Origin: Anaerolineae bacterium
GTDB taxonomy: Bacteria > Chloroflexota > Anaerolineae > S140-20
Reading direction: 5' to 3'
Length of the DNA: 50,791 nucleotides
NCBI GenBank assembly: GCA_027021705.1
Contig: JALUTT010000050.1
Coordinates: 1 to 50,791 of the forward strand
Below, piece by piece: positions 9,622 to 21,283 of the stretch. Within the stretch, counting starts at the first letter, position 1. Each line of letters starts with the position of its first letter. A program made the position numbers and the translations under genes. The notes under the pieces are model-generated. The model did no database searches, was not told where the DNA came from, and was given only the letters and a program-made list of their open reading frames with translations.

Positions 9622-9642
9622 GGGCAAGGAGCGGACCTCTCT

Positions 9643-10269
9643 ATGGCCGATCTGATACAAACGATCAGCAACATCATCCTCATCTTCCTCGCCTTCTTGG
9701 GGGCTTTCCTGGCCGCCCTCTGGCTGGGCCTGGTGATCTGGACCTTTCGAGACATTCGCTCTCGCTCGCGGGACTTCTTTGCCTGGATCCTGGCCTCGTT
9801 GCTGGTGGCCATCCTGAACCTGCCTGGGCTGCTCATCTACCTGATGCTCCGTCCCCAGGAGACGCTGGCCGAGGCCTACGAGCGGTCCCTGGAGGAGGAG
9901 GCGCTGCTCCAGGAGATCGAGGAGCAGGAGCTCTGTCCCGGCTGCGGCCAGCGGGTGGAGTCCGAGTGGATCATCTGCCCCTACTGTCGCACCAGCCTGA
10001 AGAAGACTTGCCTCCACTGCGGTCGTCCCTTGCAACTCAACTGGACCATCTGCCCCTACTGTGGGACGGTGGACCGGCCGGCGATGGGCGTGGCGGCGAC
10101 GGTCTCCGCCAAGGCGGCCACGGTGGGGGAGGGCGACGAGCGGAAGGTCGCCGCTCCGGTGGCCGGCGCACCGACCGAGGAGGAGCCGGAGCCCGACGAG
10201 CGGGGACCGGCCTCCGAACCCCCTCCGCCCCGCACCGTTCCAACGGTCTACGACGCTTCCGTGGAGTAG
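9643..10269 (+). CDS. Membrane-anchored double zinc ribbon protein
   Basis: N-terminal TM helices, then CPGC, CPYC, CLHC and CPYC; the ORF extension to 9490 is MITE sequence. Confidence 0.85.
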   Translation: MADLIQTISNIILIFLAFLGAFLAALWLGLVIWTFRDIRSRSRDFFAWILASLLVAILNLPGLLIYLMLRPQETLAEAYERSLEEEALLQEIEEQELCPGCGQRVESEWIICPYCRTSLKKTCLHCGRPLQLNWTICPYCGTVDRPAMGVAATVSAKAATVGEGDERKVAAPVAGAPTEEEPEPDERGPASEPPPPRTVPTVYDASVE

Positions 10270-10273
10270 TTCG

Positions 10274-10303
10274 AAGCCCGGCCCCATCAGGAGCCGGGCT
10301 TTT
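10274..10303 (+). terminator. Rho-independent terminator
   Basis: aagcccggc...gccgggctt stem followed by a T-run. Confidence 0.65.
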
Positions 10304-10305
10304 CA

Positions 10306-10410
10306 CCTCCCTCCTCATCCCCTCATTCCCTTGGTGCCTCATCCCTTCATTCCCTCATCCCCTCATCCCTCCACAGACTGAGGACCGAGGACTACGGACC
10401 GCGGACCGAC
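10306..10410. repeat. Short tandem repeats (CCTCATCC octamers, GGACYGA heptamers) between convergent genes
   Basis: cctcatcccctcattccc...; gactgaggaccgaggactacggaccgcggaccga. Confidence 0.8.
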
Positions 10411-11456
10411 CTCCCCCGACGCACGGCGACGATCTCGGCGATGATGGCGACGGCGATCTCCTCCGGCCCCTGAGCGCCCAGGTCCAGTCCGATGGGAGCG
10501 TGGATGCGGGCGATGGCCTCCTCGCTCACCCCCATCTGCCGGAGGGCTTCGACGCGGCGGGCGTGGGTCTTGCGGGAGCCCAGGGCCCCTACGTAGCGGG
10601 CCGGGCTCTCCAGGGCCAGCTTCAGGGCGGGGTTGTCCAGCTTCTCATCGTGGCTGAGCACCACCACGTAGGTCGCCTCGTCCAAGCCGATCTCCGCCAG
10701 GGCCTCCGTCGGCCACTTGACGATCAGGGCATCGGCGTGGGGGAAACGCTCACGGGTGGCGAAGGCGGCGCGGGCGTCCACGACGAAGGTGCGGAAGCCC
10801 AGGGCCTTGGCGAAGGTGACCAGGGGGATGGCGATCTGCACCGCGCCCACAACGACCAGCTTGGGCGGCGGGGGGTAGATGTCCAGGAAGAGCTCGACGG
10901 TCTCGTCGCCCACGGGGAAGGTGACCCGCTCCGGGCGCTGGGCGGCCAGGAGGGCGCGGGCGTGGTGCAAGACCCGGGCCTCCAGGTCGGGGGGAGGCAG
11001 CGCCCCTTGCTTTCTGCCGTCGGGCCAGATCAGCAGCCGCCGTCCCAGGCCCGGCCCGGCGATCACCGTGGCCAGGGCGACCAGTTCCTCCCGCTCCAGG
11101 GCCTCCCGGAGGGCGTCGTAGAGGGCCTCGCCCGGCTCCCCCGGCCCGACCAGGGGCTCTACAAAGACCTCGATGGTGCCCCCGCAGGCCAGCCCGACCT
11201 CCCAGGCCCGCTCGTCGGGGATGCCGAAGGTGAGCCGCCTAGGCCGGCCCGTTCGGAGCACCTCCAGCGCTTCCTCGAGGACGGCCCCCTCGACGCAGCC
11301 GCCGCTGACGGAGCCGATCATCTCGCCGGCCGAGGAGACGGCCATCTTCGCCCCCAGGGGCTGGGGGGCGGAGCCGTAGACCCGGATCAGCGTCGCCAGG
11401 GCGACCCGTTTCCCTTCTCTCCGCCAGTGCTCTATCGTTGCCAGGAGCTGTCGCAT
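10392..11456 (-). CDS. xdhC: XdhC/CoxI family molybdenum hydroxylase accessory protein
   Basis: GSAPQPLGAKM, GSVSGGCVE, GLACGGTIEVFVEP, YVGALGSRK, IHAPIGLDLGA. Confidence 0.9.
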   Translation of the reverse strand: MRQLLATIEHWRREGKRVALATLIRVYGSAPQPLGAKMAVSSAGEMIGSVSGGCVEGAVLEEALEVLRTGRPRRLTFGIPDERAWEVGLACGGTIEVFVEPLVGPGEPGEALYDALREALEREELVALATVIAGPGLGRRLLIWPDGRKQGALPPPDLEARVLHHARALLAAQRPERVTFPVGDETVELFLDIYPPPPKLVVVGAVQIAIPLVTFAKALGFRTFVVDARAAFATRERFPHADALIVKWPTEALAEIGLDEATYVVVLSHDEKLDNPALKLALESPARYVGALGSRKTHARRVEALRQMGVSEEAIARIHAPIGLDLGAQGPEEIAVAIIAEIVAVRRGRSVRGP

Positions 11457-11517
11457 AGTCCTTTTGGCGGTTGGCCGCCGGCGGCTGACCGCCGACCGCC
11501 GAGGGGGAGCGGTTTCG

Positions 11518-12108
11518 TCAGGGGGCGAGCCGCTGGAACAGGTACCAGTAAGAGGGGTGCCCTCGTTCCTCGCCGGCCCGGATCCAGAGGGGGTGGAACG
11601 CCTCGCCCAGCAGCTCCTGCATCGCCTCCGGCGTCAGCCCCATCGGACGGCCGCGCATCGTCCTCGGTCCCCAGGCGTAGAGCAGGTAGAAGCCCCCCAT
11701 CCGCAGCACCCGGCGCAGCATCGCCACGTAGGCGGGCCGGTCCGAGGGCTCCAGGCCGTGGAAGCAGCCGATGTCCAGGGCCAGGTCGAACGGGCCGCCG
11801 ATGGGCGGCCCCTGGGGCGTCCCCAGCTTCAGGATGTCCCCCCGGTGGAAGGAGACGGCCACGCCCGCCCGGCGGGCTTTGCGCCGGGCTCGGCGGATGG
11901 CCAGCCGGGCCACGTCCACGCCCACCACCTGGAAGCCGTGCCGGGCCAGGTAGATGGCGTTCGTCCCCGTCCCACAGCCGATGTCCAAGGCCCGGCCTGG
12001 GGGGACCTGGCCGCTCTCGACCACCTCAACGACCTCCGGCGGTGTGATGCCGGTGTCCCAGGGGGGTGTGCCTAGCAGGTAGAGGAGTTCCCAGAGGATT
12101 GGATGCAT
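11518..12108 (-). CDS. Class I SAM-dependent methyltransferase (TPMT-like)
   Basis: PPWDTG, RALDIGCGTG, FDLALDIGCFH; RBS AGGAGG. Confidence 0.9.
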   Translation of the reverse strand: MHPILWELLYLLGTPPWDTGITPPEVVEVVESGQVPPGRALDIGCGTGTNAIYLARHGFQVVGVDVARLAIRRARRKARRAGVAVSFHRGDILKLGTPQGPPIGGPFDLALDIGCFHGLEPSDRPAYVAMLRRVLRMGGFYLLYAWGPRTMRGRPMGLTPEAMQELLGEAFHPLWIRAGEERGHPSYWYLFQRLAP

Positions 12109-12119
12109 CGTGCCTCCTG

Positions 12120-12213
12120 ACGACCGACCGCCGGCAGCGGACCGCCGGCAGTGGACCGCCGACCACCGACAGCGGACCGCCGATCACGGACTGAGGACTG
12201 AGGACCGAGGACT
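12120..12213 (-). repeat. Composite heptamer repeats (CCGCCGA, GGACTGA) in an intergenic space
   Basis: Same units as 4743-4890; a shorter run also lies at about 11470-11502. Confidence 0.8.
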
Positions 12214-12216
12214 TCA

Positions 12217-13377
12217 TCATACGACGTTGTACTCGACGATCTTCTCTCCCCGGCGGAAGCGGTCAATGCGCAGGGGGGTGATGTCAACGGTGTGGGCAGC
12301 GCCGTCCAGGATCTCCTCGGCCAGGAGGAGGCCGGCGATGGGGCCGTGCATGAAGCCGTGGCCGCTGAAGCCGTTGATGCAGTAGAAGCCCTCGACCTCG
12401 GGAACCCGGCCCAGGATGGGATGGGCGTCGGGGGAGACCTCGTAGAGACCGGCCCAGTGGCTGAGGATGCCCGCCTTCTCCAGCAGCGGGAGCCGCTTCA
12501 TCGCCGCCTCCAGGTGGACCAGCTCCCACGCCTCGTCCACGCTCTGGTCGAAGCCGGGGGGCTCGTTGGGATTGGACATGCCGGTGAGCAGTCCCTCCCC
12601 CTCTCGGTGAAAGTAGAGGGCTTGGGCGAAGTCTATGACGAAGGGGAAGTCGGGGGGGATCTCGGGGAGGGGGGTGGTGACGACGATCTGACGGCGGACG
12701 GGCTCGACGGGAACCTCGACGCCGGCCATCGCACCGACCACCTTGGCCCAGGGGCCGGCGGCGTTGACCACGTTGGGGGTGGCGATCTCCCCCCGGTCGG
12801 TGACGACGCCCCGCACGCGCCCCCCTTCGACGCGGATGTCGGTGACGGTCACGTCGGTGAAGAGCTTTGCGCCCAACCGCCGGGCCTGGGTGACGTAGCC
12901 CTGGACGACGCCGTTGGGGTCGGCGAGCCCGTCTTTGGCGTGGAAGGTGGCGGCCAGGAGGTCGTCGAGGCGCATCATCGGCAGACGGCGGCGCACCTCA
13001 TCGGCCTCCAGCCACTCGGTCATCACGCCCATCCGGTGCTGGAGGGCCACGTTGCGCCGGAACTGGGCCACGTCTTCCTCACGGGTGAGCAGGAAGAGGT
13101 AGCCGCAGAAGCGCAGGTCAATGGGCTGCCCCATCTCCTCCTCGAAGCGCTCCAGCATCGGGAGGCTGTGCAGGGAGAGGCGGATGTTGATCTCGGTGGC
13201 GAACTGGTAGCGGATGCCGCCGGCGCACTTGCCGGTGGCCTGGGTGCCGAAGAAGGGCTCTCGTTCCAGCAGGACCACGTCGGGGCATCCCTTGGCGGCC
13301 AGGTGGTAGGCGGTGCTCACCCCCATCACCCCACCTCCCACGATGACGACCTCTGCAGTGGCCGGTAGCGTGCTCAT
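12217..13377 (-). CDS. FAD-dependent oxidoreductase, DAO/sarcosine oxidase beta family
   Basis: VVIVGGGVMG, VVNAAGPW, WAGLYEVSPDAHPILG, GFSGHGFMHGP. Confidence 0.9.
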   Translation of the reverse strand: MSTLPATAEVVIVGGGVMGVSTAYHLAAKGCPDVVLLEREPFFGTQATGKCAGGIRYQFATEINIRLSLHSLPMLERFEEEMGQPIDLRFCGYLFLLTREEDVAQFRRNVALQHRMGVMTEWLEADEVRRRLPMMRLDDLLAATFHAKDGLADPNGVVQGYVTQARRLGAKLFTDVTVTDIRVEGGRVRGVVTDRGEIATPNVVNAAGPWAKVVGAMAGVEVPVEPVRRQIVVTTPLPEIPPDFPFVIDFAQALYFHREGEGLLTGMSNPNEPPGFDQSVDEAWELVHLEAAMKRLPLLEKAGILSHWAGLYEVSPDAHPILGRVPEVEGFYCINGFSGHGFMHGPIAGLLLAEEILDGAAHTVDITPLRIDRFRRGEKIVEYNVV

Positions 13378-13405
13378 GGGTGGGTTCCTCCCATCTCTCC
13401 GTTTG

Positions 13406-13487
13406 TCACAAGAATTCCACGTGATTTCGCATATCCTTGGGCTCCAGTACTTGATGGATCAGCGTAAAATTTAATCTTCCCGGCCAC
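13406..13487 (-). pseudogene. DUF5615-like PIN toxin remnant with a large internal deletion
   Basis: GTG-AGKIKFYAD overlaps the DUF433 3' end and is joined out of frame at GCTGAT to LIHQVLEPKDMRNHVEFL-stop; these resemble the two ends of that family. Confidence 0.7.
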
Positions 13488-13785
13488 GCAATTTCTCCAT
13501 CAGTTTGGAAGGAGTCACCCTGCGCAGTTCTTCTACGAAGGATTGGTCTGCTCGAATAGATTCGTCAATCTCGGCACGGTGATCGTAGTAGTAAGCCAGC
13601 GCAGCGTACACGTCCGCCAACGTGATGTCATGTTCTGCGGCGATCTCATCGGCGCTGAGCCCCATGAACTCGTGCCAGATGACGATGTTTTGCACAGTAA
13701 TACGGTGGCCGGCGATGCGTGGCTTGCCGCCAGCCACGCCCGGGCTTACCACGATGTGGCGATCCAACACGGTCTCGGCTGTCAT
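13471..13785 (-). CDS. DUF433 domain putative antitoxin
   Basis: PGVAGGKPRIAGHRITV, ADVYAALAYYYDH; RBS AAGGAGG. Confidence 0.9.
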   Translation of the reverse strand: MTAETVLDRHIVVSPGVAGGKPRIAGHRITVQNIVIWHEFMGLSADEIAAEHDITLADVYAALAYYYDHRAEIDESIRADQSFVEELRRVTPSKLMEKLRGRED

Positions 13786-13836
13786 TCGATCCTCCTTGGC
13801 GTTGCCCCATATGTTCCACACAGACGGAACGGCGGC

Positions 13837-14154
13837 TCACTGCAACTTTTTCCCCCTCGTTTTGATCTCCCACGCCAGCGGATGTTCGTCGCAAAATTCC
13901 TCCGGTCGGAAGCGCACGACTTCAATCCGCGGATCACTGTTCAGTAGCGCAGTCACGAGCTTTTGATGGTCCTCTAGCCAGTTGCCGGTGAAATCCTTCG
14001 AGATCAGAGCCACGTCAATGTCGCTGTCAGGCCGGGCCGTCCCTTCCGCGTGGGAACCGTACAGATAGGCCGAGGTTAGACGCACACCAGAGCTTTCGAC
14101 TTGCTTTAGGAAATAGTTGACCGCCCTTAGGATGTCACCATCTTCTCGACCCAT
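13837..14154 (-). CDS. Minimal nucleotidyltransferase (MNT antitoxin-like)
   Basis: YLYGSHAEGTARPDSDIDVALIS; about 105 aa from the ATG at 14154. Confidence 0.85.
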   Translation of the reverse strand: MGREDGDILRAVNYFLKQVESSGVRLTSAYLYGSHAEGTARPDSDIDVALISKDFTGNWLEDHQKLVTALLNSDPRIEVVRFRPEEFCDEHPLAWEIKTRGKKLQ

Positions 14155-14219
14155 TTTCCAAACTCCTTGATCGCTTTCAGTTCTGATGCACAGAACTGCC
14201 GGGTGCACTGGCGTTTGAA
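14127..14219 (-). pseudogene. C-terminal remnant of a probable HEPN partner gene
   Basis: FKRQCTRQFCASELKAIKEFGKWVEKMVTS-stop overlaps the MNT start, as in HEPN-MNT pairs; the upstream sequence is unrelated. Confidence 0.5.
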
Positions 14220-14287
14220 CGGTGAATCGCCCTGGAACAGCCTGCCTCGGTAGGCTTCCCTGGCCCAGCCTAGTTGCCGAGAGTGGC

Positions 14288-15058
14288 TCACACCCCATCG
14301 GTGCTGATCTGCCAGCCGGCCAGGTTGACCACCTGCCAGAGGGCCAGGGCGAGCAGCCAGTCGCGCTCTTCGGGGGTGAGGTCCGGGACGATGACCTCCA
14401 CCGCCGGAGGGAGCGGCTGCCGGCGGAAGCGGAAGAGACCGCCGTGGCGGAAGTTTCTGAGCCGGGCGACGACGCGCCCATACAACGTGACCGGATAGGT
14501 AGCCTCATCCTTGGCAGGATGCGGAGGGAAATGGCCCACGGGCTGCCCCGAGGGGTCGAGCAGGGTCCCCTCGGGGTGGATGCTCCCCAGCGGCTTGCGA
14601 TCCACCTGGATGGAGACCTGGTCGGTGGGCTGGACCTCGAAATCGAAGGACTGCGCCGTCGTGCGAACGTGGGCCCGCCCCTCGAAGCTGACCGGACGAC
14701 CATAGACGCGGCGACCGCGCAGGGCGAAGGCTGCCCAAGTGCGCTCGGCATCGGACCGGGAGGCGGCGATCAACCCCCGGGCGCGGGCCTTGCGCCCAAA
14801 GGCCATCCAGCGGATCCCCCGGATGGTCTGTAGGTCGGCCAGGGCCTCGCGTCGCCAGGGGCGCACTTTGGGCATCAGGGCGCTCACCTCAGCTTGCATC
14901 TTCTCCTCCTCGGCGGCCGACACGGGGGTCCTCTCGGCCTGTCGCATGCGCCTGAAGAGCCAGACCAGGAACACGCCAAAGGCCCCAAGCCCCAGCAGGC
15001 TCAGGCACCAGGGGAGCAGGCAGAGTATGGACGTCAACAAGCTGAGGGAGTCCTCCAT
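14288..15058 (-). CDS. Hypothetical membrane-anchored protein
   Basis: 256-aa ORF with an N-terminal hydrophobic segment, starting 1 bp after the upstream stop. Confidence 0.7.
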   Translation of the reverse strand: MEDSLSLLTSILCLLPWCLSLLGLGAFGVFLVWLFRRMRQAERTPVSAAEEEKMQAEVSALMPKVRPWRREALADLQTIRGIRWMAFGRKARARGLIAASRSDAERTWAAFALRGRRVYGRPVSFEGRAHVRTTAQSFDFEVQPTDQVSIQVDRKPLGSIHPEGTLLDPSGQPVGHFPPHPAKDEATYPVTLYGRVVARLRNFRHGGLFRFRRQPLPPAVEVIVPDLTPEERDWLLALALWQVVNLAGWQISTDGV

Positions 15059-15059
15059 T

Positions 15060-16553
15060 TCATTCTCCCATCACTTCCTCCGTGGCGACCGTTGCCAATC
15101 CCACGAAGAGCCAGAAGAAGGCGACCGAGTGCTGGAAGTTCAGATTGAAGAAGTAGTGGTCGAAGATGCCGCCCACCAACGCCCCGACGATGGCGGCGTG
15201 GAACCCCCACCAGAGGGGCTCCAGGAGCGTCTCCCGGGGCAGCCGGTGCCAGGCCTGCCAGGCCCGGTAGAAGAGAACGGCCATCACGACCAGGAAGGCG
15301 GTCAGCCCCACCACCCCCATCTCCACCGCCATCAGCAGGTAGACGCTGGCCACGCTGACGTAGGTGTCAATGTCGGGCGAGCCGGCGAAGCCGACGCCGA
15401 AGATGGGGTAACGCCCGATGAGGGTCAAGGCGTCCCGGTACTCGCCGAAGCGCATCTGGGTGGCCAGGTCCTCCCCCCGCAGCCCCTGGATGAAGTGCTG
15501 GACGTAGGTCTGGGTGACGGGGAGCAAGCCGATGAGGAGCAGGGCCAGGAGCAGGAGCAACCCCAGCCGGCGGTAGCGGAGCAGGGCCAGGACCACCAGG
15601 GCTACCCCCAGCCCGATGAAGGAGCCCCGCGAGAAGGTGAGCACCAGGCAGATGCCGACGGTGGCGAGGATGAGGGCGGTCCAGCGGCGGGGGAAGATGG
15701 GACGGCGGGCGAAGAGCTGGGGAGCGCCCAGGGCCCCCACCATGATGAGCAGCCCGCCCAGGACGTTGGGGTCCACCGAGGTGCTGGTGGCTCGCTGGGG
15801 CAGCGAGGGGTCGTCGCGGATGTAGCGCAGCACCCCCGGCCCGACGGGGTAGTCGAAGCGGCCCAGCATCGAGAGCAGGTCTATGGCCACGCTGTCGGGG
15901 AGGAGGTAGAGGACGATGCCCAGCAGCGCGGTGGCGAAGCCGGCCAGCAGGATGACGCGGGTCAGCCGGGCCAGTTGCTCCGGTCGGTGCAGACTGTTGA
16001 CGACGACGAAGAAGAGCAGGATGTTCAGCAGCACCTCGACAAAGTGGCGGGCGACCGACGGGGTGAGGGGGGCGTGGCCCAGGCCGGCGACGAAGGTCAT
16101 CACCGCCAGGAGCAGGAAGACGAGGATGGGCAGGCCCAGGGGCGTCGTAACGAAAGGGCGGTCCGGCTGCGTCACCAGGCCGGTCAGCCAGACGAAGAAG
16201 AGCAGGCCGATGGCAACGTCGAGGAAGCTGGGCTTGAGGCCGATCTCCACGGGCAGCTTGCCGAAGGGGAGCAGGCAGATGACGGCGACCAGCCCCCAGT
16301 AGCCGACCTCGATGTTGCGCAGCACCCAGAGCCCACCGGCGACGGCGACGACGAGGGCGGCGGTGACGATGGGGCCGGCGACGGCCACCAGCCAGCCCCC
16401 GCCGATGCCGACCAGGGCGCTCAGGACCAAGGTCGAGAGGAAGCCCAGCAGCCGGTAGCGGAGGAAGAGGAGGTTCAACCAGTCTACTCGCCGCAGCCGT
16501 CGCCAGGCCCACCGCCACGGCCTTCTTTGGGGAAGTTGCCTTGTACGAATCAT
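15060..16553 (-). CDS. O-antigen ligase/Wzy_C-like membrane protein
   Basis: Multi-TM; RATSTSVDPNVLGG, LTFSRGSFIG, YPIFGVG, AVEMGVVG; start estimated at ATG 16553. Confidence 0.85.
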   Translation of the reverse strand: MIRTRQLPQRRPWRWAWRRLRRVDWLNLLFLRYRLLGFLSTLVLSALVGIGGGWLVAVAGPIVTAALVVAVAGGLWVLRNIEVGYWGLVAVICLLPFGKLPVEIGLKPSFLDVAIGLLFFVWLTGLVTQPDRPFVTTPLGLPILVFLLLAVMTFVAGLGHAPLTPSVARHFVEVLLNILLFFVVVNSLHRPEQLARLTRVILLAGFATALLGIVLYLLPDSVAIDLLSMLGRFDYPVGPGVLRYIRDDPSLPQRATSTSVDPNVLGGLLIMVGALGAPQLFARRPIFPRRWTALILATVGICLVLTFSRGSFIGLGVALVVLALLRYRRLGLLLLLALLLIGLLPVTQTYVQHFIQGLRGEDLATQMRFGEYRDALTLIGRYPIFGVGFAGSPDIDTYVSVASVYLLMAVEMGVVGLTAFLVVMAVLFYRAWQAWHRLPRETLLEPLWWGFHAAIVGALVGGIFDHYFFNLNFQHSVAFFWLFVGLATVATEEVMGE

Positions 16554-16569
16554 CGGATGCCTTGGGAGA

Positions 16570-17669
<1,100 letters not shown>

Positions 17670-17673
<4 letters not shown>

Positions 17674-20600
17674 CGCCTCACCCTCTCGCTGCCGCGTTCT
17701 CGCGTGGCCCCATCGCCCTCGACCTCTGCCGCCTCTTCCTCCTCCAGCGCGGCCAGCTCCTCGGCCGTGGGCAGAGGGACCTCAAAGTAGAAGGTACTCC
17801 CCACGTCCAACTGGCTTTCCACCCAGACCCGTCCCCCGTGGCGCTCGGCGATGGATTTGACGATGGCCAGGCCGAGGCCGGACCCCTTGATGTTCAGGGT
17901 GTCCCGCCGCTTGATGCGGTAGAACTTCTCGAAGAGGCGGACTTGGTCGGCGGGGGCGATGCCGATCCCGGTGTCGGCCACCGAGACGACGGCCCGGTCA
18001 CCCCGCACGGTCACCCCCACGGTGACCGAGCCGGAAGGGGTGTACTTGATGGCGTTCTCGACCAGGTTGGCGATGGCGTGGCGGAGCAGCGCTTGGTCAC
18101 CGATCACCTGGATTTCGCGCACTGGCGGCTCCAGGCTCAGGGAGAGCCCCTTGGCGACGGCCTGGACCCGGTGGTCCTCTACGACGGCGGCGGCGATCTC
18201 GCCCAGGTCGCAGCGTTCTCGCATCAGCCCCACGCCGGCCTCGATGCGCCCCAGGTCGAGCAGGTCGTCAATGAGTTCTGTCATTTGCTCGATGCCGGCG
18301 ATGATCTTCTCCACATAGGTCTGCTGCTTGGGCGTCACCTGGCCTACCATCGGGATCATCGTCGCGTAGCCCCGCATAAAGGTCAGCGGGGCCCGCAGGT
18401 CGTGGGAGACGGTGGCGACAAACTCCGACTTCATCTCGTCCAGTTCCTTCAGGTAGGTGATGTCCCGCATCAGCACCACCCGCCCGATGGTCTGGCCGTC
18501 GCCGCTGACGATGGTGGAGCAACTGGCGTAGAAGGTGCGCCCGTCGGGCATCGGAACCTCATCGGTGAGGGCGGAGCGGCCGTCCATTGGCTCTGTCAGC
18601 AGGCGGACCACGGCCTCGTGGTCAATCACCTCCTGCACGGGCCGCAGGTGGACCTCTTCGCCGCTGATGCCGAAGAGCTCTTCGGCGGCCGGGTTGATGA
18701 GGAGCAGGCGGTCCAGTTGGTCGGTGACGATGATGGCGTCAGAGGTGCTGGCCAGGATCGCCTCCAGCCGGCGCCGTCCGCCCTCGGCGGCCTGGAAGAG
18801 CCGGGCGTTCTCGATGGCGACCGCGCCTTGGCTGGCCAAGGTGGAGAGGAAATCCACCTCGCTGGCGGAGAAGCGGTGGATGTGATCGTAGGCCAGCCAA
18901 AGCACCCCCACGGTTCGCTCCTGGATGCGCATAGGGAGCACGATGGCGGCCCGCACCTGGGGCGGAATGGAGACGCCCTGCAGGAAGCGGGCGATGCGAG
19001 GGTTCTCCGGCGGTCGGGTCAGGTTCTCCAGGAGCACCGGCCCGTCGGCCTGGAGGGCCAGCCGAGCGACCATCCGGTCCAGCCCCGTCAGCCGTCCGCC
19101 TCCCTCCCCTCGGGCCATCACCCACTGGGGTTCTCCCTCCTGCGAGAGGAAGATGAGGCGGGCCTGACGGGCTTGGGTGACCTGGAGGGATCCTTGGAGG
19201 ATTGGGGGCAGCGCTTCCCGCAGGTCCAAAGTGGCCGAGACGGCCTGGGAGACCCGCAGCAGCAGGTTCAGGTCCTCCATCCGCCGCTTCAGCCGGATGC
19301 GCATCCGCTCGAAGGCTTTGCCCAACTGCCCAACCTCGTCCTCGCCCTCCAGTTGGACCCGGGCGGAGAGCTCCCCTTCGGCGATTCGGGCAGCAGCCTG
19401 GGAGAGGGCGGTCAGCGGTTGGGTGAGCCGTTGGGTGACGACAGGGATGGTCACCACCAGAATCACGCCCAGGGCCAGCAGTAGGGCCAACAAGGGCTTC
19501 GAGGTCTGGGTCGCTGCATCGAGCACGACCTCGTAGGGGAGGGTGATCACGACCTGCCAGTCAGACCCCTCGACCGGGAGGACGTAGACCAGCCGGCGCG
19601 TGCCGTTGTAGTCCAGGTCTTGGTAGGCCTGCCCGACAGGGACTTGGGTGATCTCCCGCCGCTGGACGCTTTGTTGCCAAACGGTGAGCACCTGGCCGGA
19701 ATCGGGGTGGATGACGATCCGCCTTCGATCGTCCATAAGGAAGCCGCTTCCCCGCCCCATCGTCCACTGGAGGCTCCGCATCACCGGGACCAGGACGGGG
19801 TTGATCTCCGGGCGGGTTCGCCCCAGCAGCACCCGGTAGGGCGGCCCCTCGCCCTCCAGCGGAGCGAGGAAGGAGATCACGGCGTCCCCTTCGGGAGAGC
19901 GGTGGACGGCGCTGATCTGGGGTGCGCCCGTGCGGATCACCCGTTCTAGCAGCGTCTCTTCTTCCAAAGAGAGGGGAAGGTGCTCTTCTTCAGAGCTGGG
20001 ATAGCGGGCGATCTCCGTCCCGGTAGAATCGAAGAGCACCAGTTGGTGGAAGAAGGCCACCGTGCGTAGGTCCTGGGCGAGCCACTGCTGGAGGATGGCC
20101 GGATCTTCCTCCTGAAGCCGCTCGTCGGAGGCGAAGGTGACCATCAGCCCCTGTCCCATCTGGAAGAAGAAGGGGATGCCGACGGAAGCGTTGGTCGCAT
20201 CCCGAGACATCTGAGCGATGGCCTGGGTGGTTGCCACCCGGATGGCGGTGGTCGTCACCGCCGAAAAGAGGATCACCACCATCACCATTGTGAGAGGGAC
20301 GAAGACGATGAGGAGCCGCCGGCTCATGCTCCGGGCGTGGGGAGGGGCTTCCTGCCCCCAGCGGCGGGGCTTCCAGGTGGGGATAAGGGCGTAGAGGAAC
20401 TGGACGATGAGCCCGCTGAAGAGACCCTGGAGCATCAGCGGAGGCAGGTAGGCCCGCTGCAGGCTCCAGGCGTAGTCCAGGGCGCTGAGGCTGGAACCTC
20501 CTGTGGAGACGTAGGTATTGGGGAGTTGCAGGGTCCAGACGAGGGCGGCGGCTGCTAGGCCGGTCAGGATGGGCTGACGCACCGCTCGGAAGAGCCAGCC

Positions 20601-21065
20601 CCGGTAGTCCTGACAAAGGAGGAAGCCGGCCGTCAGCCCTAGCAGCCCTCCTTCAAAGGGCTGAAAGATGCGCGAGCTGTCCAGCCCTCCCTGCACCAGC
20701 CCGCTGAGCACACCCAACACCATAGCGGGGCCGGCCCCTAGCCGGACGCCGGCGAGCATCAGCAGAGGACCGATCAGGAGGGGGATCCCGATGGGGCGGG
20801 GGATGATGGGCAGGTCGGGAGGCGTGAGGCCGTCGGGGATGGGAAAGCGCAACCAGAAGAGGTTGCTCAGGAGAACGGTTGCTCCCAGAAAGAAAGCCCC
20901 CTCGACCCAGTGTTGGCGGTTCAGGGAACGGAAATCCCGCCGGCGGAGGTAGAAGGAGATGAACAGAGCAACCAGGTAGACGGATAGCAGCAGGTAGCCT
21001 TCTGGTCGTAGTACCGTGAGGTCGAAGTAGGGAACGCCCCAGCGTCCTGACCAATCAAACCCCAT
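17670..21065 (-). CDS. Membrane sensor histidine kinase (multi-TM, Cache-like, HAMP, GAF, PAS, HisKA, HATPase)
   Basis: DEVGQLGKAF, AVAIENARLF, KSEFVATVSHDLRAPLT, NLVENAIKYT, DTGIGI, GSGLGLAIVK. Confidence 0.95.
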
Positions 21066-21118
21066 ACACGGTTGCTCCCCTGGTCACGTCCCGCGCCAGA
21101 CATTCGGAAGAAACGGAT

Positions 21119-21233
21119 TTCAGCCTACCCTCCCGCAGGTCACCGGTCGAGGGCGCTTTCAACCCCGATGGGCTATTTGAAGCACGGTTTCGCGTTGGAA
21201 ACGCACCTAACCTGCGGGAGGGTGAAGAGTTAT
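21119..21233 (-). mobile_element. MITE copy 2 (degenerate ends, no clear TSD)
   Basis: Reverse complement of copy 1 with a near-identical 95-bp core. Confidence 0.8.
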
Positions 21234-21237
21234 TTTC

Positions 21238-21266
21238 ATTATAGCATTGAACGAGGACCGAGGCAA
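21238..21266 (-). promoter_or_regulatory. sigma70 promoter of the kinase-ychF operon
   Basis: TTGCCT-17bp-TATAAT with extended TG on the minus strand. Confidence 0.7.
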
Positions 21267-21283
21267 TAAGGCTGCCGTGGCCC

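Noticed and set aside
14155..14751. Long N-terminal extension of the MNT ORF
   Set aside because: It overlaps the 14288..15058 gene in another frame; MNT similarity starts at 14154.
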